From NCBI GenBank assembly GCA_937952215.1, contig CALFZH010000056.1:16425-80424 (forward strand): 64,000 bases of DNA. The letters are read 5' to 3'. Below are positions 21,014 to 30,142 of the stretch, piece by piece; the first letter of the stretch is position 1; each line of letters starts with the position of its first letter. The notes beneath the pieces were generated by a model. The model was given only the letters and a program-made list of their open reading frames with translations. It had not been told where the DNA came from and did not search any database. This stretch comes from an uncultured bacterium (GTDB lineage Bacteria > Planctomycetota > UBA1135 > UBA2386). The position numbers and the translations under genes are program-made.

Positions 21014-21091
21014 GCGGTCACCGTAGGCGTGGCGCGTCGAGGCGCCATCGAAACCTCACGGGGTGGGAGCGGTGGCGCCGAGTGCTGGGCG

Positions 21092-21343
21092 CTACTTCGG
21101 AGCGGGCTGCGGGCGCCGAGGTGCGGGCAAGTAGTGCACGCCGTTCTCGCTGCGTGTGCTGTCGAGGGCGAGGGCTTCGCGGTTGTTCAAGAAGTCGATC
21201 ACGTACTTCGCCGGGATCGCGAAGTTGAGGCCCTGGAAGCAGCGGTAGTCGGCGCTGTTCACGCCGACCACCTCGCCGCGCAGATGGAACAACGGACCAC
21301 CCGAGTTGCCGGGGTTGATCGGCGTCGTGACTGCGAAGGCCAT
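21092..21343 (-). pseudogene. Remnant of an HtrA/DegP-type trypsin-like serine protease (C-terminal part of the protease domain only)
   Basis: The 83-aa ORF begins [28 protein letters not shown]....[11 protein letters not shown]. It therefore starts about 10 residues before the catalytic Ser motif GNSGGP. No His/Asp catalytic regions and no PDZ domain are present, and upstream sequence in this frame is not protease-like. Confidence 0.55.
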
Positions 21344-21493
21344 GGAGTTCCTCCGACCGCAACCGAAGGAACGCCACCTTGACGACGGCGAGTTCGAGCG
21401 ACAGGATCGCGCGAGTTCTGTGGTCCGGGGCCGCCGCTTGTTCTTGCTACACCCGCGACTCCCCGCCCCCAGCACGAAAGGAGAACCACCAAG

Positions 21494-22603
21494 ATGCGCC
21501 TCGCTCTCACCGCCCTGGCAGTCGGATTCGTTGGTTTCGCGGTGCCCGCCCAGAGCTGCTTCAGCAATCCGCCGACGGGCATCCTGCTCGGCAACACGCC
21601 GGACACGATCTACCCGGTGCAGCCGATCGGGTTCATGTTCCCGTTCCTGGGCTCGCTGATGACGCACATCTACGTCAGCGACCAGGGCGTCGTGTTCCCC
21701 GTCCCCTGGATCGGGTTCCCGCCGCCTCCAGCGGGCACCCCGCCATCGGTGGGCACTCTGCAGACGTATCCGGCGATCGCTCCGTTGTGGACCGACGTCG
21801 TTGCCGGAGGCACGGATGCCGGCGTCTGGCTGGACAACACCACCGGGCTTTTCTGCGTGGTGACGTGGCGCAACATGCACGAGTACGGCAACCCGGCGAA
21901 CAAGTTCAGCATGCGACTCACGCTCGCCATCACTGGCGAGGTACTGTTCGAGTGGAGCGCAGGCGCCACCAACGTGGCCACGAGTCGCTACTTCGGTGAG
22001 GGCATCACCGGGCTCACTCCTTTTGGTGGCACGGCGTGGTCCTCGAACCTGTCGGCCGGTGGCTTGATTGGCAGCAACGCGACGTTCGAGCAGTGGAGCG
22101 TGTTCGGGTGGACGCCGAACGCCTTCGACCTGGCCAGCAGCACTCTGGTGTTGTCGCCCGTGTCCTTCGCGCAATGGTCGGTCTCGCCCTGGTTCCCGCC
22201 GTCCCAAGGCCCGTGTGCCGCGACGACGTCGTACGGCGCCGGGTGCTTCGGCTTGTCGCTCGCCTCGAACAACGCGCCGTTCATCGGCAATGCGAACTAC
22301 TCGTTGCAGACGACCGGCGTGCCCTCGCTGCAGCCCGTCGCCTTTCTCGCCTTCGGTGACGCCGCGGTCGTGCCCGGCCAGGACCTGGGCCCGATTGGCA
22401 TGGCGGGCTGTTTCGCGCACACCAACGCCACCTTCGGCGCCTTCAGTTTCGCGGTTGCGGGTGGTACGGGTGTGTTCACGTTGCCGATTCCGGCGACCCT
22501 GAGTCCCAACCTGTTGTTGACCGCGCAGGCTGTGGCGTTCTCGAACAGCACGTCGATCGGATACATCGCCTCGAACGGCCACCAGATCCTGATTGCGTAC
22601 TGA
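21494..22603 (+). CDS. Secreted hypothetical protein (NIDO-like N-terminal pattern, shared C-terminal module)
   Basis: A strong SD (AAAGGAG) lies 8 nt upstream. Signal peptide: [22 protein letters not shown]-terminal pattern: IGFMFPFLG...IYVSDQGVV...AIAPLWTDV...VTWRNM...[17 protein letters not shown]. The C-terminus has the GCF...[16 protein letters not shown] motif. Confidence 0.75.
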   Translation: MRLALTALAVGFVGFAVPAQSCFSNPPTGILLGNTPDTIYPVQPIGFMFPFLGSLMTHIYVSDQGVVFPVPWIGFPPPPAGTPPSVGTLQTYPAIAPLWTDVVAGGTDAGVWLDNTTGLFCVVTWRNMHEYGNPANKFSMRLTLAITGEVLFEWSAGATNVATSRYFGEGITGLTPFGGTAWSSNLSAGGLIGSNATFEQWSVFGWTPNAFDLASSTLVLSPVSFAQWSVSPWFPPSQGPCAATTSYGAGCFGLSLASNNAPFIGNANYSLQTTGVPSLQPVAFLAFGDAAVVPGQDLGPIGMAGCFAHTNATFGAFSFAVAGGTGVFTLPIPATLSPNLLLTAQAVAFSNSTSIGYIASNGHQILIAY

Positions 22604-22897
22604 GCGGGGCCGCGACGACATCGGCAAGGCTCGGTCCAGGCCGGGCGGGCGCCGTGAGCACAGCTACGCGAGGCGTTCTGAGTGCGGGTGCTCGGGGACG
22701 GCGCCGCCTGCGTGACGGCGAACTCGCGCGTCGGGCGCACGCCGCGTTGCGGGCATCTTCGCCCCTGACCGGGAGCGCGCCTCGAATGTTGGCGACGCCT
22801 GCTGGCCGCCGCGCCTGCCGGCTGAGCGACGCCGAGCAGTAGGGAAGTCCTCGCCCTCGACGCCCGCCGCACCACCGCCTACCCTGCGCGGCCGACC

Positions 22898-24400
22898 ATG
22901 CCGCCGTTCCGACGCATCCTCGTGGCCAACCGCGGCGAGATCGCGCTGCGCGTGATCCGCACCGCCCAGGAGATGGGCATCGAGACCGTCGCGGTCTACA
23001 GCGACGCCGACCGCACCGCGCTCCACGTCCGCCGCGCCACGCAGGCCGTGCACCTCGGCGGCAGCAAGCCGAGCGAGAGTTACCTCGACATCGGCAAGGT
23101 GATCGCCGCCGCGAAGTCGACCGGCTGCGACGCGCTGCACCCCGGCTACGGGTTCTTGAGCGAGAACGAGGATGCGGCGCAGGCGTGCAAGGACGCGGGC
23201 ATCGAGTTCCTCGGCCCGCCACCGGCGGCGATCCTGGCGATGGGCGACAAGGTCGAAGCGCGCAAGATCGCCATGAAGGCCGGCGTGCCGCTGGTGCCCG
23301 GGCTGCAGGAAGACGTCGACGAGCCGCGGCTGGCGGCGGCGGCGAAGCAGGTCGGCTACCCGGTGATGCTGAAGGCCGCGGCCGGCGGCGGCGGCAAGGG
23401 CATCCGCATCGTGCGCGACGAGAAGGGCCTGCTCGAGGCGTTCCACATGGCGCGCGCCGAGGCGAAGGGCGCGTTCGGCGACGACCGCGTCTACCTCGAG
23501 AAGTTCGTCACGCGCCCGCGGCACGTCGAGATCCAGGTGATGGCCGACAAGCACGGCAACGTCGTGCACTACGGCGAACGCGAGTGCAGTGTGCAGCGGC
23601 GGCATCAGAAGCTCGTCGAGGAGTCGCCATGCGTGGCGCTCACGCCGGAGCTGCGCGCGGCGATGGGCAAGGCTGCGTGCGACCTTGCGCGCGCCGTCGG
23701 CTACGTCGGTGCTGGCACCGTCGAGTTCCTCTACAGCGAGGGCAAGTTCTACTTCCTCGAGATGAACACGCGCCTGCAGGTCGAACACCCGGTCACCGAG
23801 ATGCGGTTCGGGGTCGACCTGGTGCGTGAGCAGATCCGCGTCGGGGCCGGCGAGAAGTTGGCGCCCGTGCCCGAGCCGCGTGGGCACTCGATCGAGGTGC
23901 GCGTCAACGCCGAGGACCCGAACAACTACTTCCCGTCGCTCGGCCGCATCTCGCGCGTGAACCTGCCGGGTGGGCCGGGCGTGCGCCTCGACAGCGCGTT
24001 GTTCCGCGGCATGGAAGTGACGCCGTTCTACGACAGCATGCTGGCCAAGCTGGTCGTGCACGGCGCCGACCGCGAGCAGGCGATCGCTCGCTGCATCCGC
24101 GCGCTGCGCGAACTGCGCATCGTCGGCGTCTCGACGTCGTTGCCGACGGCCCTGGCGACGCTGCGCAGCGACGAATTCGTGCGCGGCGACTACGACACCG
24201 GCATCCTCGAGCGCATCGACAAGAAGCCGACCGCAGCCCAGTCCGAACTCGCGGCGTTGGCCGCGGCCGCGGCGCGCTTCCTGACGGCGGAGCGCGCGGG
24301 CGCGTCGATGGAGGGCGGCCCGGCGTCCGACCGCCGCAACACCACGCCGCGCTGGGCCATGCTGGGGCGCACCGAACGGCTGCGCCGGGGGGCACCGTGA
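22898..24400 (+). CDS. accC: Biotin carboxylase subunit of an acyl-CoA carboxylase
   Basis: ILVANRGEIALRVIRT, ATP-grasp blocks (GYPVMLKAAAGGGGKGIRIV, EMNTRLQVEHPVTE), 500 aa. Confidence 0.95.
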   Translation: MPPFRRILVANRGEIALRVIRTAQEMGIETVAVYSDADRTALHVRRATQAVHLGGSKPSESYLDIGKVIAAAKSTGCDALHPGYGFLSENEDAAQACKDAGIEFLGPPPAAILAMGDKVEARKIAMKAGVPLVPGLQEDVDEPRLAAAAKQVGYPVMLKAAAGGGGKGIRIVRDEKGLLEAFHMARAEAKGAFGDDRVYLEKFVTRPRHVEIQVMADKHGNVVHYGERECSVQRRHQKLVEESPCVALTPELRAAMGKAACDLARAVGYVGAGTVEFLYSEGKFYFLEMNTRLQVEHPVTEMRFGVDLVREQIRVGAGEKLAPVPEPRGHSIEVRVNAEDPNNYFPSLGRISRVNLPGGPGVRLDSALFRGMEVTPFYDSMLAKLVVHGADREQAIARCIRALRELRIVGVSTSLPTALATLRSDEFVRGDYDTGILERIDKKPTAAQSELAALAAAAARFLTAERAGASMEGGPASDRRNTTPRWAMLGRTERLRRGAP

Positions 24401-24897
24401 AGTACCTGACGAAACTCGACGGCGTCGAACGCGAGACCACGATCGAACGCATCGGCGGCAAGCTGGTCGCGCGCAGCGGCGATCACAGCCGGCAACTCGA
24501 CCTGGCGCTCGTCGGCGACGGCGAGACGTTCTCGCTGCTCGTCGACGGCCGCAGCTACGACGTGGTCGCCGACGTCGATCGCGAGACCGTGACGATCCAG
24601 ATGCTCGGCCAGCGCTTCGTCGTTCACGTCGAGGACGAACGCGAGCGCGCCGCGCACGCGGTCGCCGGCAACAAGGCGTCGGGCAAGCAGGAACTGCGCG
24701 CGGCGATGCCGGGCATCGTGATCGACGTCAAGGCCGCCGTCGGCGACGTCGTCGAGCCGGGCCAGACGCTGGTCGTGCTCGAGGCGATGAAGATGCAGAA
24801 CCCGCTCGCCGCCGAAGCTGCGGGCAAGGTGACGCGCGTGCTGTGCAAGAAGGGCGAAGCCGTGGCGGCGGGGGCGCTGCTGCTCGAACTCGAGTAG
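24397..24897 (+). CDS. Biotin carboxyl carrier protein (biotinyl domain)
   Basis: The GTG start overlaps the accC stop (GTGA). The C-terminal biotinylation motif is VLEAMKMQN. Confidence 0.88.
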   Translation: MKYLTKLDGVERETTIERIGGKLVARSGDHSRQLDLALVGDGETFSLLVDGRSYDVVADVDRETVTIQMLGQRFVVHVEDERERAAHAVAGNKASGKQELRAAMPGIVIDVKAAVGDVVEPGQTLVVLEAMKMQNPLAAEAAGKVTRVLCKKGEAVAAGALLLELE

Positions 24898-24903
24898 CGC
24901 CGT

Positions 24904-25770
24904 TCAGGCGTTCCGGCACGTCAGCGCGAGCGCCAGCGTGTGGCGTGCGCCCGGCGCCACCGCGAGCGCGTTCGCCTTGACGTTCGCGGTCTCGACGCAG
25001 CAGAAGCGCTGCCAGTCGTCGGGCGCCATGCCGGACAGCCGCGCGGTCTTGGCAGGCCACGGGTTCCAGACGATCGCCGAGCGCGCGTTCCGTGCGTCGA
25101 GTGCCACGACGCGGCGCAGGGCCGGCGCGCGCAGCTCGAGACGGTCCGGCGCACCTTGGAACACGCGGTCGGTCTCGGCGCGGAAGTGGATCGGCGTTCG
25201 CGGATCCCAGTCGACCTCGGGCTCCTTCGCCGTCTCGATGCAGGGCACGCCCTGCAGCCCGTGCACCGATGCGGTGTGCACGTCGCCGAGCGCGAAGTAG
25301 GTGTGCAGGGCCTCTTCGCAGCGGAACGGCGCGTGGCCCCGGTTGTGGATCGTCAGCGAGATCCGCAGCGCGTCGGTCAGCGCGATCGTGAGCTCGAGTG
25401 CGAACGCGTGGGGCCAGAGCCCGAGCGTCGTCGCGTCGTCGGTGGCCGCCAACGTCACTTCGGGCCCGGGACGCGCGGCGGCGAGCTGCCAGGTCAACGC
25501 ACGGGCGAAGCCATGGGCCGGCAGCTTGTTGTCGGTCGGGTGGTCGCCGAACCACGGAAACACCAGCGGGATGCCACCGCGCACCGGCTTGCCGGGCGAG
25601 TACTCGGCGCGTGAGCCCCACCAGAGCACTTCGCCGAGGGGCGACTTCCACGACAGCACCTGCGCGCCGAGCATGGCGACCAGCACGCTGCCGCCGGGGC
25701 CGTCGAGGCGCAGCGCGTCGCGGCCGCCGGGATCCTGGGTGCGCGTGACGCCGGGCGGGAGAGCGTTCAT
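24904..25770 (-). CDS. D-hexose-6-phosphate mutarotase (aldose 1-epimerase family, YeaD-like)
   Basis: Start at ATG 25770 (MNALPPG). Motifs: GGIPLVFPWFG, HGFAR, ETANV. 288 aa. Confidence 0.85.
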   Translation of the reverse strand: MNALPPGVTRTQDPGGRDALRLDGPGGSVLVAMLGAQVLSWKSPLGEVLWWGSRAEYSPGKPVRGGIPLVFPWFGDHPTDNKLPAHGFARALTWQLAAARPGPEVTLAATDDATTLGLWPHAFALELTIALTDALRISLTIHNRGHAPFRCEEALHTYFALGDVHTASVHGLQGVPCIETAKEPEVDWDPRTPIHFRAETDRVFQGAPDRLELRAPALRRVVALDARNARSAIVWNPWPAKTARLSGMAPDDWQRFCCVETANVKANALAVAPGARHTLALALTCRNA

Positions 25771-25997
25771 CGCCGCATTGGAGCGGCCTGCTGCGGCGGC
25801 GCCACCGTGGCGCCGCGCGCGCAGTCGGCGCACAGGCACGCGCGGTCCTTCGCGGCCGCCGGGACGCGCGCCAGCGCGTCCTGGCAGACGGTGACCTTCG
25901 CGCACCAGCACGTCCCGCACGAGCCGCTGCCTGCCGCCATCGCGCAGGCGTTGCTCTTGCCGCACAGCGGGCACCGGCTCGGGTCGACGTCGGCCAC
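25767..25997 (-). CDS. Cysteine-rich CWC-type small protein
   Basis: 76 aa with CPLCGKSNAC...CGTCWC...CLCADC. Its stop overlaps the start of the mutarotase gene (ATGA). Confidence 0.7.
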   Translation of the reverse strand: MADVDPSRCPLCGKSNACAMAAGSGSCGTCWCAKVTVCQDALARVPAAAKDRACLCADCARGATVAPPQQAAPMRR

Positions 25998-26032
25998 GCG
26001 CGAACGCTACCGCACGGCGACCGCAGCGAACG

Positions 26033-27445
26033 TCAGCCCTTCAGCTTCTTCAGCTTGGCGATCGCGCCGAGCACGTTGGCGCTGCCGGTCGTGCGGGCCC
26101 CGGTCTGGTAGCCGGTGGCGTCGCCGCCTGCCGGTGCTGGTGCGGGCGTCGGCGCCATCGTCGCCGTCGCCGACGGCGCTGGGCCCGCCGTCGAAGACTC
26201 CGCACTCGTCGGAGCCGGCGTCGACGAACCTGCGCCCGGGTTCGCGGGCGGCGGGCTGGTCGCGGCCACGCGGCTGCCGTTCTTCATCACGGCGTTGATC
26301 TGCGCGATCGTCGTCGCCACGCCCGACACCTCGCGTTGGATGTCGCGCACCGTGCTCTCGAGCCGTCCGAGGTTGCCGTCGCGCATCTGGCCGAGGCCGT
26401 CGGCGAGTCCCTTGGTCGCCGCGTCGACGCAGTGCTGCAGTTGGCTCGTCGCCTTCTGGACACTGTCGCCCTTCAGCAACTCCTGCATCGCCTCGCGACC
26501 CTTCTGGCTGGCCTCCTCGAGGCGCAGCAGGCTCTTCTGCACATCGCTGCTGTCGAGACGCTGCGCCACCGCGGCGAGCCCGACCTCGAGCCGGGACAGG
26601 TGCTGTTGCAGCGGTTCGAGCGAGAGCGTCGGGGACTTGCCGCCGGCCGCTTCGACCTGCTTGGCGACCTGTGCGAACTGGTCGTGCGTCGCGAGCTTGC
26701 CGAACGCCTGCTCCGCTGCCGCGGCGCGCTGCGCCGACGTCTGCTCGAGTCGCCCGACGGCGCCGACCAGCTCGGTGCTCTGCCCGGCGATGTCCATCAA
26801 GGGCTTGCCGTACATCTTGATGGCCTTCGTGAGGTTGTTGATCTTCTCGTCCTGCCGCTGGAGCGACATCAACAGGTGCTGCAGTTCGTCGCCGGCCGCC
26901 GGCATCGCCGGTGCGGGCTCCGCACGCAGTCGCTGCAGTGACTCGTGGTTCGCGGCGAGCTGCTGCTGCAGGTTCGCTTGTTGGCGTTGACCGCGGGAGG
27001 CCACGAACAGCACCGCGGCGAGCACGCCGCAGGCACCGCTGGTCATGCCGATCGTGGCCATCGCCGGCACGAAGGGCGCGGCCAGGGCGGCTGCCGCGGC
27101 GAGCCCCGCGAGCCCCGCGGCCAGCCCGCCTGCCCGAGGCGAAGCTGCGGCTGCCGTGACGCTCGTGGCGTCCGCGGGCAACGCGGCGTTGCCGGCGTCG
27201 TCGGACGCTGCGGCGTGGGCCAGGGCATCGAGTTCCGAGGGATCGATGGTGGCGGGGTCGATCGGCTCCGGCGTCCCGTCGGTCGACGAGGTCGGCGCCA
27301 CTGCGTCCATCGGCTCGTCGCTGGTCGTCGTCGTGGATGCCGTGTCGACGAACTCGGCGGTTTCCTCCGCGGCCGCTTGCGTGTCGCGGTTGCGCGTCGA
27401 CTTCTTCTTGTTCTTCATGGTGCGTGCGGGCGTTTTCCGGGGCAT
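26033..27445 (-). CDS. Hypothetical membrane-anchored coiled-coil protein
   Basis: The start is ATG 27445 or 27418 (MPRKTPARTMKNKKK). It has an acidic, disordered N-terminal region and a hydrophobic block (GLAAGLAGLAAAAALAAPFVPAMATIGMTSGACGVLAAVLFVA). This is followed by ~250 aa of heptad-like Q/L/E-rich sequence and a Pro/Ala/Ser-rich tail ending KLKKLKG. Confidence 0.7.
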   Translation of the reverse strand: MPRKTPARTMKNKKKSTRNRDTQAAAEETAEFVDTASTTTTSDEPMDAVAPTSSTDGTPEPIDPATIDPSELDALAHAAASDDAGNAALPADATSVTAAAASPRAGGLAAGLAGLAAAAALAAPFVPAMATIGMTSGACGVLAAVLFVASRGQRQQANLQQQLAANHESLQRLRAEPAPAMPAAGDELQHLLMSLQRQDEKINNLTKAIKMYGKPLMDIAGQSTELVGAVGRLEQTSAQRAAAAEQAFGKLATHDQFAQVAKQVEAAGGKSPTLSLEPLQQHLSRLEVGLAAVAQRLDSSDVQKSLLRLEEASQKGREAMQELLKGDSVQKATSQLQHCVDAATKGLADGLGQMRDGNLGRLESTVRDIQREVSGVATTIAQINAVMKNGSRVAATSPPPANPGAGSSTPAPTSAESSTAGPAPSATATMAPTPAPAPAGGDATGYQTGARTTGSANVLGAIAKLKKLKG

Positions 27446-27524
27446 CGATCGGCTCCCGCTCGCGCGCGGATGAAGCGCGCATGTTGCAAAGTGCCGCAGC
27501 GTCGCCGAAAACGCGCTGCCAACG

Positions 27525-29291
27525 ATGTCCCGCAGGCTCAAAGGCATCGCCGCCGCGCGTGGCGTCGCGATCGCGCCGATCGTGCACTTCCACGCGACGC
27601 TCGACCACATCCCGACGTGGAAGGTGGCCGACGCCGACCTGGACGGCGAGCGAGCGCGTCTGTCGGGTGCGATCGCCGGCGTGGCGACGAACCTGCTCGA
27701 CCTGCAGCGCGAGCTCGCGTCATCGCTCGAGAAGCACGACGTGCGCATCTACGACGCGCAGCTGGCGATCCTGCACGACCAGACGTTCCGGCGTGATGTC
27801 GAGGGCGAGATCGTGCAGCACCACGTCAACCTCGAGGTGGCGCTGCAGCGCGTGATCGCGCGGTACGAGGCCGTGTTCGCGGCGATGGAGAACCCGGCGA
27901 TGCGCGAGCGCGCCGCGGATCTGCGCGACATCGGCCGCCAGCTCGTCGGCGCGTTGCTGGCGAGCGAGCGCCACAAGTACACCGCGAACGGCGCCGACTA
28001 CCTGTTCGGCGCCGACGAGTTCCTGCCGAGCGACGCCGGCATCCTCGACCGCGCGCACTTGCGCGGCATCGTCACCGCGCACGGCGGCAAGTACTCGCAC
28101 GGCGCGATCCTCGCGCGTTCGCTCGGCATCCCGTCGGTGGTCGGCATCGAGCCGATCCTGCGCGAGTCGACGACGGGCACCATGGCGATCGTCGACGGCG
28201 ACGCTGGGCTGGTGATCCTGGAGCCGTCGCCGGAGGAGTTGGCCGAGTACCGCCAGCGCCAACGGGAGCAGCGGGCCATCGACCGGCGCATCGCCGAAGT
28301 GCTCTTCCAGCCGTCGGTCACGCCCGACGGCGTGCTGGTGCAACTGCTCGCCAACGTCGAAGGCGTGCGCGACCTCGACGCGCTCGAGGTCGACGCGATC
28401 GCCGGCATCGGCCTGTTCCGCACCGAGTTCGCGTTCATGGAGCGGCGCCAGTTCCCGAGCGAGAACGAGCAGGTGGGCATGTATCGCCGGGCGATGGAGG
28501 GAGCCGGGGGCAAGCCGGTGACGTTCCGCACGCTCGACGTCGGCGGCGACAAGCCGCTCGGCTACTTCCGGATGCCGGAAGAACGCAACCCGGTTCTCGG
28601 CTGGCGCGGCATCCGGCTGTGCCTCGACTGGCCGGACATCCTCTACACCCAGATGCGGGCGATCCTGCGCGCCAGCGCGCTCGGCCACGCGCGCATCCTG
28701 CTGCCGATGATCAGCACGCGGTCGGAAGTGGTGCGGTGTCGCGAGGTGCTCGACCAGCTCGCCGCCGACCTGCGCGCGACCGGCGTGCCGTTCGATCCGC
28801 ACATCGAACTCGGCGTGATGGTCGAGGTGCCCGTGCTGGTGCCGGTGCTGCCCGACGTGCTGCCGGTCGCGGACTTCGTCTCGGTCGGGACCAACGACCT
28901 CGTGCAGTACCTGCTCGCCGTCGACCGCGACAACCAGCGGGTCGCGAAGATGTACGACCCGTTCCATCCGGGCGTGCTGCGCGTGCTGCAGCAGATCGCT
29001 GCCGCGGCCGGCGCGGCCGGCAAGCCGGCGTCGATCTGCGGTGAGATCGCCGGCGACCTGGTGTTCACGCCGATCCTGGTCGGGCTCGGGTATCGCGAGT
29101 TGTCGATGGCGCCGGTGTTCGTGCCGCGCGTGAAGCTGATGCTGCGCAGCTTCACGCTCGCGGAGTGCCAGGACCTCGCGGCGAAAGCGCTCGCCATGCA
29201 CTCGACGTCGGCCGTGCGCAAGCTCGTCCAGGATCGCATCCAGCCGCGCTGGCAGCAGCAGCTCGCGTCCAGCGAGGAAGGCGCGCGATGA
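27525..29291 (+). CDS. ptsI: Phosphoenolpyruvate-protein phosphotransferase (PTS enzyme I)
   Basis: The phospho-histidine region is GIVTAHGGKYSHGAILARSLGIPSVVG, followed by a PEP-utilising TIM-barrel C-terminal domain (FRTEFAFM, VGTNDLVQY). 588 aa with no N-terminal GAF domain. Confidence 0.93.
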   Translation: MSRRLKGIAAARGVAIAPIVHFHATLDHIPTWKVADADLDGERARLSGAIAGVATNLLDLQRELASSLEKHDVRIYDAQLAILHDQTFRRDVEGEIVQHHVNLEVALQRVIARYEAVFAAMENPAMRERAADLRDIGRQLVGALLASERHKYTANGADYLFGADEFLPSDAGILDRAHLRGIVTAHGGKYSHGAILARSLGIPSVVGIEPILRESTTGTMAIVDGDAGLVILEPSPEELAEYRQRQREQRAIDRRIAEVLFQPSVTPDGVLVQLLANVEGVRDLDALEVDAIAGIGLFRTEFAFMERRQFPSENEQVGMYRRAMEGAGGKPVTFRTLDVGGDKPLGYFRMPEERNPVLGWRGIRLCLDWPDILYTQMRAILRASALGHARILLPMISTRSEVVRCREVLDQLAADLRATGVPFDPHIELGVMVEVPVLVPVLPDVLPVADFVSVGTNDLVQYLLAVDRDNQRVAKMYDPFHPGVLRVLQQIAAAAGAAGKPASICGEIAGDLVFTPILVGLGYRELSMAPVFVPRVKLMLRSFTLAECQDLAAKALAMHSTSAVRKLVQDRIQPRWQQQLASSEEGAR

Positions 29292-30028
29292 CCAGGGCGA
29301 TGCGCGCCGGCAACTGGTCGGTGCAGGAGTTCGAACGCCTGCGCCAGTTGCTGCCGCGTCGTGGCGTCGCCGTGACGGCGACGCTGTTGCGGCGGTCGGC
29401 GGAGAGCGTGCGGCGCAAGGCGTTCCTGTTGCTGCGCGTGCCGCCCCGCCGTGGCGACTGGACCGCGAGCGACGATGCGATGTTGCGCGAATCGTGGGGG
29501 GCGGTCGAACCACGATTGCTCGCGGCGATGACGGGCCGCGCCCCGGCGGACGTTCGCCGGCGGGCCGACGAGCTGCGCGCGCGGGTCCGCACCGGGCCGT
29601 GGGCGCGCGCCGAGCAGCTCAGCCTGAAGGACCTCTACGGCACGCGGTCGGACGACGACCTCGAGGTCTGCCTGTCGCGACCGGTGGGCGAGATCACCGC
29701 GATGGCGGCCCGCCTGTGCCTCGCCAAGGACAAGCGGTTCGCCGCGGGTGCTGCGGCGGCGAACGACGGTGGCATGGCGCGCACGGGCCGCGTCGCGATG
29801 CCGCGGTGGTCCGCGGCCGACGTGACCCGCCTGCGCGAGATCTACGCCGATCGCGACAACCTCACGGTTGCACGGGAGTTGCGTCGCAGTGTCGTCAGCG
29901 TCGCCAACAAGGCGAACCAGCTGGGCCTCAAGAAGAGCCACGCGCTGCTGGCCGACCTCGGGCGCAGCAACATCGCCCTGCGTTATGGGGGCGCCATGGG
30001 GCAGGCAGCCGAGGGCGGCGCTGGCTGA
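29288..30028 (+). CDS. Hypothetical protein with four tandem Myb/SANT-like repeats
   Basis: The ATG overlaps the ptsI stop (ATGA). There are four ~48-aa repeats, each starting with W[ST/A]xx[ED]xxxL and ending with a basic helix: GNWSVQEFERLRQLL...SVRRKAFLL; GDWTASDDAMLRESW...DVRRRADEL; GPWARAEQLSLKDLY...ITAMAARLCL; PRWSAADVTRLREIY...SVANKANQLGL. Confidence 0.7.
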   Translation: MTRAMRAGNWSVQEFERLRQLLPRRGVAVTATLLRRSAESVRRKAFLLLRVPPRRGDWTASDDAMLRESWGAVEPRLLAAMTGRAPADVRRRADELRARVRTGPWARAEQLSLKDLYGTRSDDDLEVCLSRPVGEITAMAARLCLAKDKRFAAGAAAANDGGMARTGRVAMPRWSAADVTRLREIYADRDNLTVARELRRSVVSVANKANQLGLKKSHALLADLGRSNIALRYGGAMGQAAEGGAG

Positions 30029-30142
30029 CGGTCCGCCGGTCGGTCCGGGTTTCTGGCGCGGTGCTCAACCCGCGGCGACCGGCCGGCCGATGCACGGGGA
30101 GCGCCATCCCGGGTTGACCGGGCGTGCGCCCCGAGGAACGCC

